From Selenomonas sp. (GTDB lineage: Bacteria; Bacillota; Negativicutes; Selenomonadales; Selenomonadaceae), in assembly GCA_017635515.1 (NCBI GenBank), contig JAGBLH010000250.1, positions 8,122 through 72,121 of the forward strand: a stretch of DNA of 64,000 nt, written 5' to 3'. Below the pieces are notes generated by a model. That model was not told the origin of the DNA and did not search any database. It saw only the letters and a program-made list of their open reading frames with translations. Positions 52,061 through 61,662 of the stretch are shown here, piece by piece. Numbering within the stretch: the first letter of the stretch is position 1; every line of letters starts with the position of its first letter. Made by a program: the position numbers and the translations under genes.

Positions 52061-53197
52061 TTACGAGGGTGCAATGCCATTTCCAAGATCTATGACCCGG
52101 CAGTTGTAGTCCCCGAGATGAAGGGGCAACTTATACGCCGGCTCCCCGCCGTATTTCTCCAAAAGTTCATCGGCATACGCCATCACTGTATCCACGGGTA
52201 TGTTCTTCATGCAGGCCATATTCTCAGCCCCTTCTTTGGGGCATTCATGGATGCGGCAGGGGTGACAGGCCTCAGGTGTCTTGATGAGTATATCCTTGCC
52301 ATCATAGGGACAAAAGCCCGTCACGGGCGATGAGCCAAACATGGTGACAATGGGCACATTCATGGCCACTCCCACGTGCATGGGGCCGGAATCCGTGGTG
52401 AGGAAGAGACAGCAGCGGCGCAGCAGCCCTGCCAGCACTCCCAGGCTCACCTTGCCGGTGAAGACCTTGAGATTATTGCTTTCTCGTTCCTCCATATCTT
52501 CTATGCAGCTTTCCACCAGTTCTACATCCATGGGGCCGCCGAAGAAGGCCACATGGTAGCCCCGGCGAATGAAACGGTCCGCACATTCGGCAAAATATTC
52601 CTTGAGCCAGCGCTTGGTGAGCCAGCTGGCACCGATATTGAAGGCGATGACCTTGGCCTCCTTGGTGAAAGTCTCCTGCCAGAGACGGTCGGCCTTGTGC
52701 AGGGCAGCCTCCGGGATGGTCATCTCCAGCCCCGCATCATCTATCTTTTCAACCCCCAGGAACTTCCTGAGCACATCAAAATGCGCCTCCACCTGATGCT
52801 TGATAAAATGCTCGTTGGCCATAACACCATCGAACAGCAGGGAAAAACCGGGTTTAGCGTAGCCCACGATATGGCCGCCCCCGGAAAAGGCCGCCAGTGC
52901 CGAGGCCCGCTCGTTGCGGTGAAGGTTGATGACCAGATCAAAATGCTTTGCCCTCACCTTCATGATAAACTTCAAAAAGGGCAAGGGGTGATTGTCTTCC
53001 CCCTTCTTGTCCAGGAGCAAGCACTCATCCAAATGAGGATTGTACTCCACCAGATCCCTGAGTTTCTTGTCTGCCAGCAGGGTAATCCTGGCTTGGGGAT
53101 AGTTCGCCCTGAGGGTGCGAAGCACTGGCGTGACCAGCATCAGATCCCCCAGATGCATCAAATTGATGACCAGGATATTCCTATACTCTTTCAGCAT
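52061..53197 (-). CDS. GT9 heptosyltransferase (WaaF/WaaQ-like)
   Basis: HLGDLMLVTP, KRW, DSGPMHV, CHPC. Confidence 0.88.
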   Translation of the reverse strand: MLKEYRNILVINLMHLGDLMLVTPVLRTLRANYPQARITLLADKKLRDLVEYNPHLDECLLLDKKGEDNHPLPFLKFIMKVRAKHFDLVINLHRNERASALAAFSGGGHIVGYAKPGFSLLFDGVMANEHFIKHQVEAHFDVLRKFLGVEKIDDAGLEMTIPEAALHKADRLWQETFTKEAKVIAFNIGASWLTKRWLKEYFAECADRFIRRGYHVAFFGGPMDVELVESCIEDMEERESNNLKVFTGKVSLGVLAGLLRRCCLFLTTDSGPMHVGVAMNVPIVTMFGSSPVTGFCPYDGKDILIKTPEACHPCRIHECPKEGAENMACMKNIPVDTVMAYADELLEKYGGEPAYKLPLHLGDYNCRVIDLGNGIAPS

Positions 53198-53245
53198 GTC
53201 TTTTCCCTTACTCTCCCTTGGGCTTAAGGAATCCATCAGCACGCC

Positions 53246-53716
53246 CTAGCCCTTATCCGCAGATATTTTTTTGATGACATTGGTGGTGGAGCGCCCCTCC
53301 ACCATCTGCACGAAATGCACCCTGCCGCCGTAAGACTGCACGATCTTCGCCTCAGGCAGAGTATCCAAAGTGTAATCCCCGCCCTTGACATAGACAGCAG
53401 GGCGCACTTTGGCAATAAGGTTTTCTGCAGTCTGTTCACCGAAGATCACCACATAGTCCACGGCCTTCAAGGCTCCCACCACCTCGGCCCGGTCAAGCTC
53501 GCTGTTGATGGGACGGGCAGGCCCCTTGAGCCTCTTCACTGACTCATCTGAATTGAGCCCTAGCACTAAGCAATCTCCCTGAGCACGGGCTTCGTTCAAA
53601 TAGCGCACATGACCCGCATGGAGGATATCGAAGCAGCCGTTGGTGAAGACCACCCGCTGACCTGCCTCCCTGAGAGCCGCACAAAAATCTTCTATTCTTT
53701 CAGCCGGTATCAGCAT
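53246..53716 (-). CDS. rfaE2: Heptose-1-phosphate adenylyltransferase (RfaE domain II)
   Basis: [34 protein letters not shown]. Confidence 0.93.
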   Translation of the reverse strand: MLIPAERIEDFCAALREAGQRVVFTNGCFDILHAGHVRYLNEARAQGDCLVLGLNSDESVKRLKGPARPINSELDRAEVVGALKAVDYVVIFGEQTAENLIAKVRPAVYVKGGDYTLDTLPEAKIVQSYGGRVHFVQMVEGRSTTNVIKKISADKG

Positions 53717-53758
53717 TATAAGCCTTCCTTCCCGTCAGCCAAGCATGCAAGGTGCCTC

Positions 53759-54748
53759 TCACTTCGCCAAAGCCCGCCTCAGTTCCTCGGCGGACACAGT
53801 AGCCGTGCCCAGTTTGCGCACGGCAATGCCAGAGGCAACATTGCTGAGTTCAGCAGCCTTTTCGGGGCTGACGCCCGCAGCCAGGGCCAGGATAACAGCA
53901 GCCACGCAGGTGTCGCCTGCGCCGGACACATCGTAGACCTCGCTCTTGTCAGACACGGGAATCACATGGACGGCTCCATCGGCCTCCACCAGGATCATGC
54001 CCAGCTCGCCCCGGGTCACCAGCACACCCTCAGCCTCCAGAACCCTCAGAAGTTCCTGAGCCGCCTCAATGACCGCCTCTTCATCAGGCAGGCTCCTGCC
54101 CACAGCAGCAGCCAGTTCCGCATCATTCTGCTTCACATAGCCAATCCCCTTGAAGCTCTTCACATCATAGCGGGAATCCACCATAGTGGGAATGCCATGC
54201 TCCCGAGCGTACCTAATAATAGCCTTTCTGAGTTTCGGCGTCACCGTGCCAGAGCCGTAATCGCTCAGGACTACCCCCTGCATCTGAGGCAGCACGGACT
54301 TGATGTATTTCAGGAGCTCCCTTTCGTGAGCTTCCGTCAGAGGTTCGTGGCACTCCTTGTCCACCCGCACAATCTGCTGGCTGACAGTGGCCCTGCCTCC
54401 CGCGATGATGCGGGTCTTGGAGATGGTGGGCCGGTTTTCATCTGTCAGCAGGCCCTCAATATGGGCCCCATTCCTCTGCAGCACTTCCTTCAGACCCTCG
54501 CCGCCGCTGTCGTGGCCCAGAAGCCCTACGGCAAAGACGCTGCCTCCCAGGGTGGCCACATTGTTCACCACATTGGCAGCACCGCCTGCCACAATGACCT
54601 CCTTCTGCTGCTCCAGCACCAACACAGGCGCCTCCCGGGATATGCGGGAGATACTGCCCTGCAGGTAGATATCTGCCACCACATCCCCCAGCACCAGGAT
54701 GCGCTGGCCCTCCAATTCATCCAATAGGGAAAGCAATTCCTCTTTCAT
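53759..54748 (-). CDS. Second RfaE-domain-I-like PfkB kinase
   Basis: GDVVADIY, RISREAPV, GGAANV, SDYGSG, DVSGAGDT. Confidence 0.85.
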   Translation of the reverse strand: MKEELLSLLDELEGQRILVLGDVVADIYLQGSISRISREAPVLVLEQQKEVIVAGGAANVVNNVATLGGSVFAVGLLGHDSGGEGLKEVLQRNGAHIEGLLTDENRPTISKTRIIAGGRATVSQQIVRVDKECHEPLTEAHERELLKYIKSVLPQMQGVVLSDYGSGTVTPKLRKAIIRYAREHGIPTMVDSRYDVKSFKGIGYVKQNDAELAAAVGRSLPDEEAVIEAAQELLRVLEAEGVLVTRGELGMILVEADGAVHVIPVSDKSEVYDVSGAGDTCVAAVILALAAGVSPEKAAELSNVASGIAVRKLGTATVSAEELRRALAK

Positions 54749-54765
54749 ATCTTACCTCGCGCCAC

Positions 54766-56322
54766 TTACCAGGGTGTAAACTGCCACTGGAACTTGATGG
54801 AATCCTTCTCATTTTTGTAATGCTTGTAATGGACTATCAGCTGGGAACAATGCAGGTTATGGAACCAAAAATAGTTCATCTTGTTGAAATTGAAGCCCCC
54901 TTCGTCCAAGTCATAGGCCACGCCCACCACAAAGCGGTCTTTATCCGAAGCCCGATAGCTGAAGCCTGTCATGAACTTCCTGGCAAAGTTCTCCAGATTA
55001 TAGGAAAAGAGATTGTTCTTCGTATTATTCTTGTCATAAGAATAAGTCGCATACATAGCCCAGCGGGAATCAAACTCCTTCACGGTAGAAAGCCGCCAGC
55101 TAAAGCCACTGACCCTGGAACTATCATAGGACTCCTTGGTGATGGAGTAGGTAGCACTGGGACATATGTACCAGCCTCCCCCCAAGAAAATCGGATCACG
55201 GCTAAGCGTCAGCCCATAATAGCTATGATTGCTGGAAACATCATTTGTTTTGTTGTACCAGCGTCCAAACTCTAGATCAAGTGAATAGTGAAGATGAGTC
55301 TTGCCCAAAGGGCGGGCATACTTATAGACAAAAGACGGCTGCTTCTTGATCCATTTATCATTGCCATCCTCATAGTCGCCATAGCGCAATTCATAGCGTG
55401 AGAACCTGTTGTACCAGCCAATCTGCCCGTTGCTGCGCAAGCCTTTTTTGCTGTTGGCATACAGATGCGCGCCTGCCGACACATTAGGGGCAATGGGAAA
55501 GCTAAAATCCTGGGATATCCACGCCCCATCATTCCTTGAGTACCCTACACGGGGAAGCTCAAGATTCTGCTGTTCTTTTTGCAGATCCACCACATAGCTC
55601 TTCTTGGTGTAAATGCATACATCCTTGAGCCATATTCCTGCATGCTCCATGACTATCTTGTCTTCAGGATAGATAGTCATTTTTCTGGCACTCTCGTGAT
55701 AATCCGGCTTCTTGGCCCCACATTTAGTGGCAGTGCCATCATAGACTACAATCTTATCCGGGTAGAACTCAAAGCGCTTGCCGGTCACATAATAATGGTC
55801 AACCTTGCCGCTGGCCGCCTCCATAGTGCCCAGCTTTGTGCGGTAATTGTAAACCGTGTTCAGCCCATCCAGGATAACGCGGCTCTGCCCTGGAGTCAGC
55901 TGCAGCATATGGGACTTGCCGGGAATCTCGATGTCACTGGTCTTGAGATTCCCCTGCACAGGGCCTTCCGGTGAATCAAACTGATGCCCGTCCATCTGAA
56001 TTGCATGAACCTTCCCCTTGGCAACGAACTCCCCCGTCTCCTCATTGTATGTGAGGTCATCCCCCTCAAAGGCCATGGGAGCTGCCTTGGCAGGATCTAC
56101 AGGATGACGCAGATTCTCGGACATCTGCTTCATGTCTTCCTTCAAGCGCTGCTGCTCCTCGGTCAGCATATTCTCACGCTCAATACGGCGGCGGTTCTCC
56201 AGGAATTCCAGTGCGCCTGTCCCCGTATCTGAATCGTCAGCCTTGTATATGGCAAATGCCTGGGAGGGCAGCAAGATCAGGAGCGACAAAAAAGCCGCGC
56301 AGGCTTTACCTTTATTATTCAT
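54766..56322 (-). CDS. lptD: LptD-like LPS assembly outer-membrane protein
   Basis: Signal peptide, OstA-like region (ATKCGAKKPDYH), PRVGYS..DG, aromatic beta strands, C-terminal W; heads the LPS cluster. Confidence 0.7.
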   Translation of the reverse strand: MNNKGKACAAFLSLLILLPSQAFAIYKADDSDTGTGALEFLENRRRIERENMLTEEQQRLKEDMKQMSENLRHPVDPAKAAPMAFEGDDLTYNEETGEFVAKGKVHAIQMDGHQFDSPEGPVQGNLKTSDIEIPGKSHMLQLTPGQSRVILDGLNTVYNYRTKLGTMEAASGKVDHYYVTGKRFEFYPDKIVVYDGTATKCGAKKPDYHESARKMTIYPEDKIVMEHAGIWLKDVCIYTKKSYVVDLQKEQQNLELPRVGYSRNDGAWISQDFSFPIAPNVSAGAHLYANSKKGLRSNGQIGWYNRFSRYELRYGDYEDGNDKWIKKQPSFVYKYARPLGKTHLHYSLDLEFGRWYNKTNDVSSNHSYYGLTLSRDPIFLGGGWYICPSATYSITKESYDSSRVSGFSWRLSTVKEFDSRWAMYATYSYDKNNTKNNLFSYNLENFARKFMTGFSYRASDKDRFVVGVAYDLDEGGFNFNKMNYFWFHNLHCSQLIVHYKHYKNEKDSIKFQWQFTPW

Positions 56323-56401
56323 GGAATGCTTCCTCTCTGTCAAAGTTTTCCTATCCCATATAGTACAACATATACTGTTTTTACGCAAATACAACCTAAA
56401 T

Positions 56402-56444
56402 AATATGAAGGGTCTCCCAGACAACTCCGGGAGACCCTTCATAT
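56402..56444. terminator. Stable hairpin between the hypothetical gene and lptD
   Basis: ATATGAAGGGTCTCCC...GGGAGACCCTTCATAT 16-bp arms. Confidence 0.55.
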
Positions 56445-56451
56445 CCTTATT

Positions 56452-57372
56452 TTACTCCTGCACCGTAGCCACGCCGTAGAGGCTTTCCTCATTCTCCGTC
56501 TGGATATAGAGCTCCGTTCCCTCGGGCAGGTCTATGTTCTTGCCCTTGACAAAAGCACCGCCGATGATTCCGATGGGCCCCAGGAGCAGCATGCCAGCTA
56601 CGCTGGCCCCGGCTGCCATGGCCATATTCTGCATTTCCTGCTTTGATTCCTCGCCCACATAGGTATCAACCTCTGTGCCGTCAATGGACTTGGTCTTGTT
56701 GAAGTCGATCTGCACCTCGGCATTGCGGCCAAAGTTCTTGGCCTGCTTGACCTTTTCCACCACACCGGTGCCCGGCTCGCCCTTGGCGAAAATCAGGCTG
56801 CCGTCCACGATGACATCCTCAGCTACCCGATAGTGGATGGTGTCGCCGGCTTTCAGATTCTTGGCATTCACCCTGTCTGCCAAAGCCACCTTGATAAGAG
56901 TATTGGCAGGCACCTGCACCCGCTCAAGAGGCACGGTCTCGGCTCCGAAAGAAGCCCTGCCCAGCTTGTCGATGCGAGCCCTGAAGGTACCTTCCTCAGT
57001 CTTGCCCATGAGCCCCAGCTCCATATCAGCCAGGCGTGTCTCCACGGGCTTCATGCTCACCTGATGGTCAATATTCCACTCCACGGCATTGAGCTGGGCC
57101 AGGATGGAAGGGCCGGAACCGTTGGTATAGAGTTCCTTGTAGAGGGCATCTACCCTTGCCATCAGGCTGCCTTCCCTGTGCTTGCCATCATAGTCCTTCT
57201 CCAGCTTGTTGAGCCTCTCCATGACAGCTCCCGTCTGTTCTCTGCCATAGGTGTCCTCTTCCATGAGGGCGAGCTTGGCCTGCACCGTCCCCGGCACAGC
57301 TGCTGCCGCAATGCCCATGGTGGTCACCAAAAGCATGACCGTCAAGAGCAGGCTGATGATCTTCTTGCCCAT
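56452..57372 (-). CDS. Exported hypothetical protein (helical repeats plus TrbI-like beta domain with glycine zipper)
   Basis: Signal peptide; repeated RLNKLE/RVDALY/RLADME; VPANTLI, GAFVKGKNIDLPEGT. Confidence 0.7.
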   Translation of the reverse strand: MGKKIISLLLTVMLLVTTMGIAAAAVPGTVQAKLALMEEDTYGREQTGAVMERLNKLEKDYDGKHREGSLMARVDALYKELYTNGSGPSILAQLNAVEWNIDHQVSMKPVETRLADMELGLMGKTEEGTFRARIDKLGRASFGAETVPLERVQVPANTLIKVALADRVNAKNLKAGDTIHYRVAEDVIVDGSLIFAKGEPGTGVVEKVKQAKNFGRNAEVQIDFNKTKSIDGTEVDTYVGEESKQEMQNMAMAAGASVAGMLLLGPIGIIGGAFVKGKNIDLPEGTELYIQTENEESLYGVATVQE

Positions 57373-57395
57373 ATAAAAGTTCCTCCCTTTACCGA

Positions 57396-58322
57396 TTAAA
57401 CACTTTCCAGTTTCGATTCTTCATATTGGCTGACCTTGCTTTCAGGCTCATGGATACCCGCAGGCTCCGGGTGGATCACGATATCAAAGCCGCCGAAAGC
57501 CTTGCGGATGCGCCCTTCCAGCTCATCGCAGACGGCATGGACATGGGAAAGATGCATATTGCCATCAAAGAGCAGGTGCACATCCAGCAACCGGTAGGAA
57601 CCGGAACGGCGGGTGCGCAGGCAATGGAAGCCTTTCACCTCCGGCGCGCTTTTCAAAATGCGGCCAATCTTCTCCTCGTCTTCCTCTGGCAGGCTGGCAT
57701 CCGTAAGCTCCATGGCCGAAGCCCGGATCATATGCCAGCCCTCCCGGAAGATGATGCCCGCCACGAAGGTGGCGATGATGGCATCCAAGGGAGCCCAGCC
57801 TGTGACCTGCATGGCAAAGAGGCCAATCAGCACCCCCACGGAAGTCCAGATGTCTGCCCTGAGATGCAGGCCATCAGCTTCCAAGGCTTGCGAATGGGTG
57901 ATTTTGGCCACGGCGAGCAGCCTGCTGGACACCAGCAAGTTGATGATGATGGAGATGAGCATGATGACCACGCCATAGCCCAAGTTCTCCGGCACCTCGC
58001 TGCCGTCCACCAGCCCCAGCACTGCCTCATGGACGATAGCAGCCGCCGCAGCCACAATCAAAAGTGCCTCCACCGCCGCAGACAGATTCTCAAACTTCCC
58101 ATGCCCGTAGTCATGCTCCGTGTCGGGCGGCTCCACGGACTTCCTGACCGCCAGCCAGGCAATGAGGGCTGCCAGCAGGTCCACCCCGGAGTGCAGTGCC
58201 TCGGAGATGAGGCTCACCGCCCCGATGTAGAGACCGACCAAGAGCTTCAGCAGCACCAGGGCGCTGTTGGAAATGATGGACAGCCAGGCTGTCCTCTGCT
58301 TCAAACGGTCATTATCATCCAT
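57396..58322 (-). CDS. Cation diffusion facilitator (FieF-like)
   Basis: SEALHSGVD, HDYGHGKFE, HLRADIWTS, IHPEP. Confidence 0.92.
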   Translation of the reverse strand: MDDNDRLKQRTAWLSIISNSALVLLKLLVGLYIGAVSLISEALHSGVDLLAALIAWLAVRKSVEPPDTEHDYGHGKFENLSAAVEALLIVAAAAAIVHEAVLGLVDGSEVPENLGYGVVIMLISIIINLLVSSRLLAVAKITHSQALEADGLHLRADIWTSVGVLIGLFAMQVTGWAPLDAIIATFVAGIIFREGWHMIRASAMELTDASLPEEDEEKIGRILKSAPEVKGFHCLRTRRSGSYRLLDVHLLFDGNMHLSHVHAVCDELEGRIRKAFGGFDIVIHPEPAGIHEPESKVSQYEESKLESV

Positions 58323-58346
58323 AGAAATCCCCCCTGTCGACACGCC

Positions 58347-58805
58347 TTAGTAAGATTTCTTGGCTGCTCTCTCCTGTTCCGCTTTCCACTCGTAAATGAA
58401 ATTCACAATGCCATTCATGGGTGAGCTGAAGCCGTAGTGCCTAGGCATGCGTCCCACCCCGCTTTTTTCCAATACCTCCCTGGTATCATAGGCCTGAACC
58501 TCGGAACTGCCAATCTCGTATGTCTCCAATCTGCGGTTGAAGCGCATCTGATAGAGATAGCGCCTGTTCCTGTCGGCCTTCACCACGGCTACCCTTGCCT
58601 CAGCTACTTCCTCCGGGGCAGTGCCCTCAGGAATCTCCCCCGTGCCAAAGGCAATGGAGCTCACATCCACATAGTAGCCCGTAAAGCCCTCGGCATCCAC
58701 GAAGCGCATATCCTCAGCTGAAGCCAGCGGGCTGCAGCTGAGCAGGCATGCTGCCAACAAGCCAAATATCTTCCTTCTCAATCCCTTACCTCCCCATTTC
58801 TTCAT
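58347..58805 (-). CDS. Exported hypothetical protein
   Basis: Signal peptide ending ASA; YYVD motif. Confidence 0.65.
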   Translation of the reverse strand: MKKWGGKGLRRKIFGLLAACLLSCSPLASAEDMRFVDAEGFTGYYVDVSSIAFGTGEIPEGTAPEEVAEARVAVVKADRNRRYLYQMRFNRRLETYEIGSSEVQAYDTREVLEKSGVGRMPRHYGFSSPMNGIVNFIYEWKAEQERAAKKSY

Positions 58806-58917
58806 TACAAATAGATATTATACAGCTATTAAAGGCTTTTTTCCATTGGAAATACATTAAATATGCAAGTATCGGCAAACATAAAAAAGCCCTCCCTAAA
58901 GGGAAGGCGCAAAGATT

Positions 58918-60657
58918 CTATGATGCAGGCAGTTTCGCAACCAGCCCCACGGGGGTCAGGTTGTCTGCAATCAGCGCAATGGCTGAAAGGCGATGCTCCA
59001 GGTTGCGGGCAATGCACTTGAGCCGCAGAGTGAAGATATGCGCGTTCACGGACTGCTCTATCTGCTGCTCCTCCCCGGTGTTCACCGCCTGGTTGATGAG
59101 GCGCCAGAAAAGCTGGTCAGCCGCTTCATCAAGGTGGTAAAGGGAGTCAAGCAATTCCTGCATCCCCGGCACCCCCAAGCTCTGCAGCAGGCTCTGGAAG
59201 GCACCATTGGTATAGAGGAAGGACAGCGCCCCGTCCCTGACTTCCATGATGGCCAGGGGCAAATCGCTGATATGGTCGCTGCGTTCCTCCGGAGACAGGA
59301 AGGGGAAGGTGCTCAGCACATTCACCATGCCCAGGCTGTGGTAATAGGCAGCCTCGTCGAAGGGCTCAAAGTTCAGCGTGGCTTGCTCGCCTGCATAGAA
59401 AGCCGCTGCATCCCGCAGGGGAGCAGGCCGGCCAAAGAGATAGCCCTGCACCATCTCGCAGCCAATGGCCCTTAGGAAAGCAAACTGCTCCTCAGTCTCC
59501 ACCCCTTCCACCAGGGTGTGAAGGCCCAGGTCCTTGGCCAGGCCGATGATGCCCTTGATCATAGTCTTGGCCTTGGGGTTGTCCTTGAACATGCGCATGA
59601 ACTGCATATCCAGCTTCACCACATCAAATTCATACTTAATGAGGTTGTTGAGGGAAGAATAGCCGCTGCCGAAGTCATCCATCCAGACCTCATAGCCTGC
59701 GGAGCGGAAGCGCTGTATGGTCTCCTGGAGCATCTCATCCTCGATGGCGCTTTCCGTCACTTCGATGTGCAGCTGCTCCCGCAGGGTCCCGGTTTCCTCC
59801 CTGATTTTTTCAATGGCCTCAAACATATCCTTGAGCTGGAAATCCACCCGGGAGAGGTTCACGGAAATGCGGGCCAGGTTCCAGCCCTCCCCAGCGTGCG
59901 CCCTGACTTCGGCGAAATCCTTGCACACCTGTTCCACGATAAAGAGGTCAAGCCTGTCGGAAAGATGGGCTTCCTCCAACACCTCCACGAAAATCCCGGG
60001 CGAAATCATGCCATACACAGGGTCAATCCAACGAGCCAAAGCCTCGAAGCCGCAGACCTGCCGGGTGAGCACCCGCACCTCAGGCTGATAGTAGACCCGG
60101 ATCTCACCGCGGACCATGGCTTGCTCAAAGCGGTTGACGATGTACTGCCTGAGCTTGGCCCCCGCCTCCATGGAACTGTCGTAGTAGCAGTAGCTCTGGT
60201 CGTAGAACCTCTTTATGCTCTCGCAGGCCAGCTTCGCCCTGTCCAGCACCACCGTCACATCCGCCGCATCCCCTTCGGACACGTAGATGCCTGCCTTCAT
60301 CCTGATGGACACCTGCTGGGCCGAAGCCTGCACCCGCTCCTGCACCCTGAGCACCCGGGACACAATCTCCTCATTGACGATGGCTGCCACGAAGTGATCC
60401 TCATGGAGCCTGGCCAGTATGCCATCGGGAAAAGCATCCCGCATGATATGGGCCACCTGCCTGAGAAAGGTGTTGCCCGCATGGAAGCCATAGGCCTGAT
60501 TATAGGCCTTGAAATTCTCTATATCGAAGTAGATGACGGCAAATTCCCCATCCTCTGAATCCCGCAGGAGCACAGTGGCATCCTCCAGGAAATGGTTCAT
60601 ATTGAAGAGGCTGGTGATATCATCTATCTGCCGCCTGTTGTTTCTTTGCTCCGGCAA
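58918..60657 (-). CDS. GGDEF(degenerate)-EAL c-di-GMP phosphodiesterase
   Basis: DIENFKAYN, degenerate HEDHF; YYQP, FEAL, EVTE, MDDFGSGYSSL, KLD, EGVE, QGY intact; TTG start after AAGGAG. Confidence 0.88.
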   Translation of the reverse strand: MPEQRNNRRQIDDITSLFNMNHFLEDATVLLRDSEDGEFAVIYFDIENFKAYNQAYGFHAGNTFLRQVAHIMRDAFPDGILARLHEDHFVAAIVNEEIVSRVLRVQERVQASAQQVSIRMKAGIYVSEGDAADVTVVLDRAKLACESIKRFYDQSYCYYDSSMEAGAKLRQYIVNRFEQAMVRGEIRVYYQPEVRVLTRQVCGFEALARWIDPVYGMISPGIFVEVLEEAHLSDRLDLFIVEQVCKDFAEVRAHAGEGWNLARISVNLSRVDFQLKDMFEAIEKIREETGTLREQLHIEVTESAIEDEMLQETIQRFRSAGYEVWMDDFGSGYSSLNNLIKYEFDVVKLDMQFMRMFKDNPKAKTMIKGIIGLAKDLGLHTLVEGVETEEQFAFLRAIGCEMVQGYLFGRPAPLRDAAAFYAGEQATLNFEPFDEAAYYHSLGMVNVLSTFPFLSPEERSDHISDLPLAIMEVRDGALSFLYTNGAFQSLLQSLGVPGMQELLDSLYHLDEAADQLFWRLINQAVNTGEEQQIEQSVNAHIFTLRLKCIARNLEHRLSAIALIADNLTPVGLVAKLPAS

Positions 60658-60698
60658 GATTACCCACTCCTTGTTGAGGCGATGGTCCTTTTCCCCAT

Positions 60699-60817
60699 TT
60701 ATCCACCAAGTTATCCACATTTTTTGTGGATAACTACATCTATGCTGTGGATAACTATTTCTTCAAAGGGGATTATGCACAGAATCTGTGGATAATCCCG
60801 CTATGCTCTGTTGATAA
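60699..60817. promoter_or_regulatory. Cluster of seven DnaA boxes
   Basis: TTATCCACA or its complement at 60711, 60725, 60746, 60787; TTATGCACA at 60773; one-mismatch boxes at 60699 and 60809. Confidence 0.85.
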
Positions 60818-60827
60818 CAAATCAAAA

Positions 60828-61562
60828 TCAAAGTGAAATGCGGAGATACTCCTCCAGGGCATCCCTGACCGTGATGTTCTTCCCATGCCTGGTCATGCCG
60901 AATTTCTTGGACTTCTTGAGATAATCCACCGTAGCGCGGTAAATCTCATCTTCCACCGACCCAGGCACCAGTCCCTCCCAGTTGGCGGGGCTGTAGGCCC
61001 TCTCCTTGATGGCATTCTGCGGCCTGCCCGTCACTTCCAGCTCACAGAGGAACTGAATCTGCTGCCTGTCCGGCCTGATGTAGTAATGCTCCAAGAAATA
61101 AGTCTGGGGATAGCTGTAGTCCCCCGCTGTCGCAAATTCCCCGGCCCCATCCTGCAGCAACTTCACCCACACATCAATGATCTTCTCACTGGACGAATAA
61201 GGCAGGTAACGCCATCTGGCAGTCTGGGTGTCCAGATAGTAAGTAAAGCCGCTCTCATCTCTGATGATCTTCAGATAGCGCTCCTTCACCGGCTTGCCCT
61301 TCTCATCTGTTTTCGAGGCATCCTCAGGGCGCTCAAACCAGTCATCAGCCCGGCTGTCATCAGAGGGGCGCTGATACTGGGGAGCAGATTTATTGTACTC
61401 TATCTCACTCCCTGTCTCCGTCTTCAAGGCCGTATCAGCCTTTTCCTCCCCTTTTACTATCGTCACGATTTCATCATCGGAATCGTAAGCCTGTCCCGTA
61501 TTCATAGCTACCAGCAGGGCTGCCCCCAGCAGGAGCCCTGCTAAAAATTTTCCATACCTCAT
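60828..61562 (-). CDS. Exported hypothetical protein
   Basis: Signal peptide; YYLD, IDVWVKL, YFLEHYYIRP; RBS GGAGGTG. Confidence 0.7.
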   Translation of the reverse strand: MRYGKFLAGLLLGAALLVAMNTGQAYDSDDEIVTIVKGEEKADTALKTETGSEIEYNKSAPQYQRPSDDSRADDWFERPEDASKTDEKGKPVKERYLKIIRDESGFTYYLDTQTARWRYLPYSSSEKIIDVWVKLLQDGAGEFATAGDYSYPQTYFLEHYYIRPDRQQIQFLCELEVTGRPQNAIKERAYSPANWEGLVPGSVEDEIYRATVDYLKKSKKFGMTRHGKNITVRDALEEYLRISL

Positions 61563-61662
61563 GAGGTCACACCTCCCTACTTGCATAATTCGCCCTTGAC
61601 AGCGTTTTTCCTTGTAGATGGGAAAATTTATCATCTCAAAAAGAAGCCTGGCCTCCTAAAAC

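Noticed and set aside
60699-60817. DnaA boxes as oriC or as a mini CRISPR array
   Set aside because: No dnaA context or strand switch; repeats are 9-mers in mixed orientation with no spacers and no cas genes
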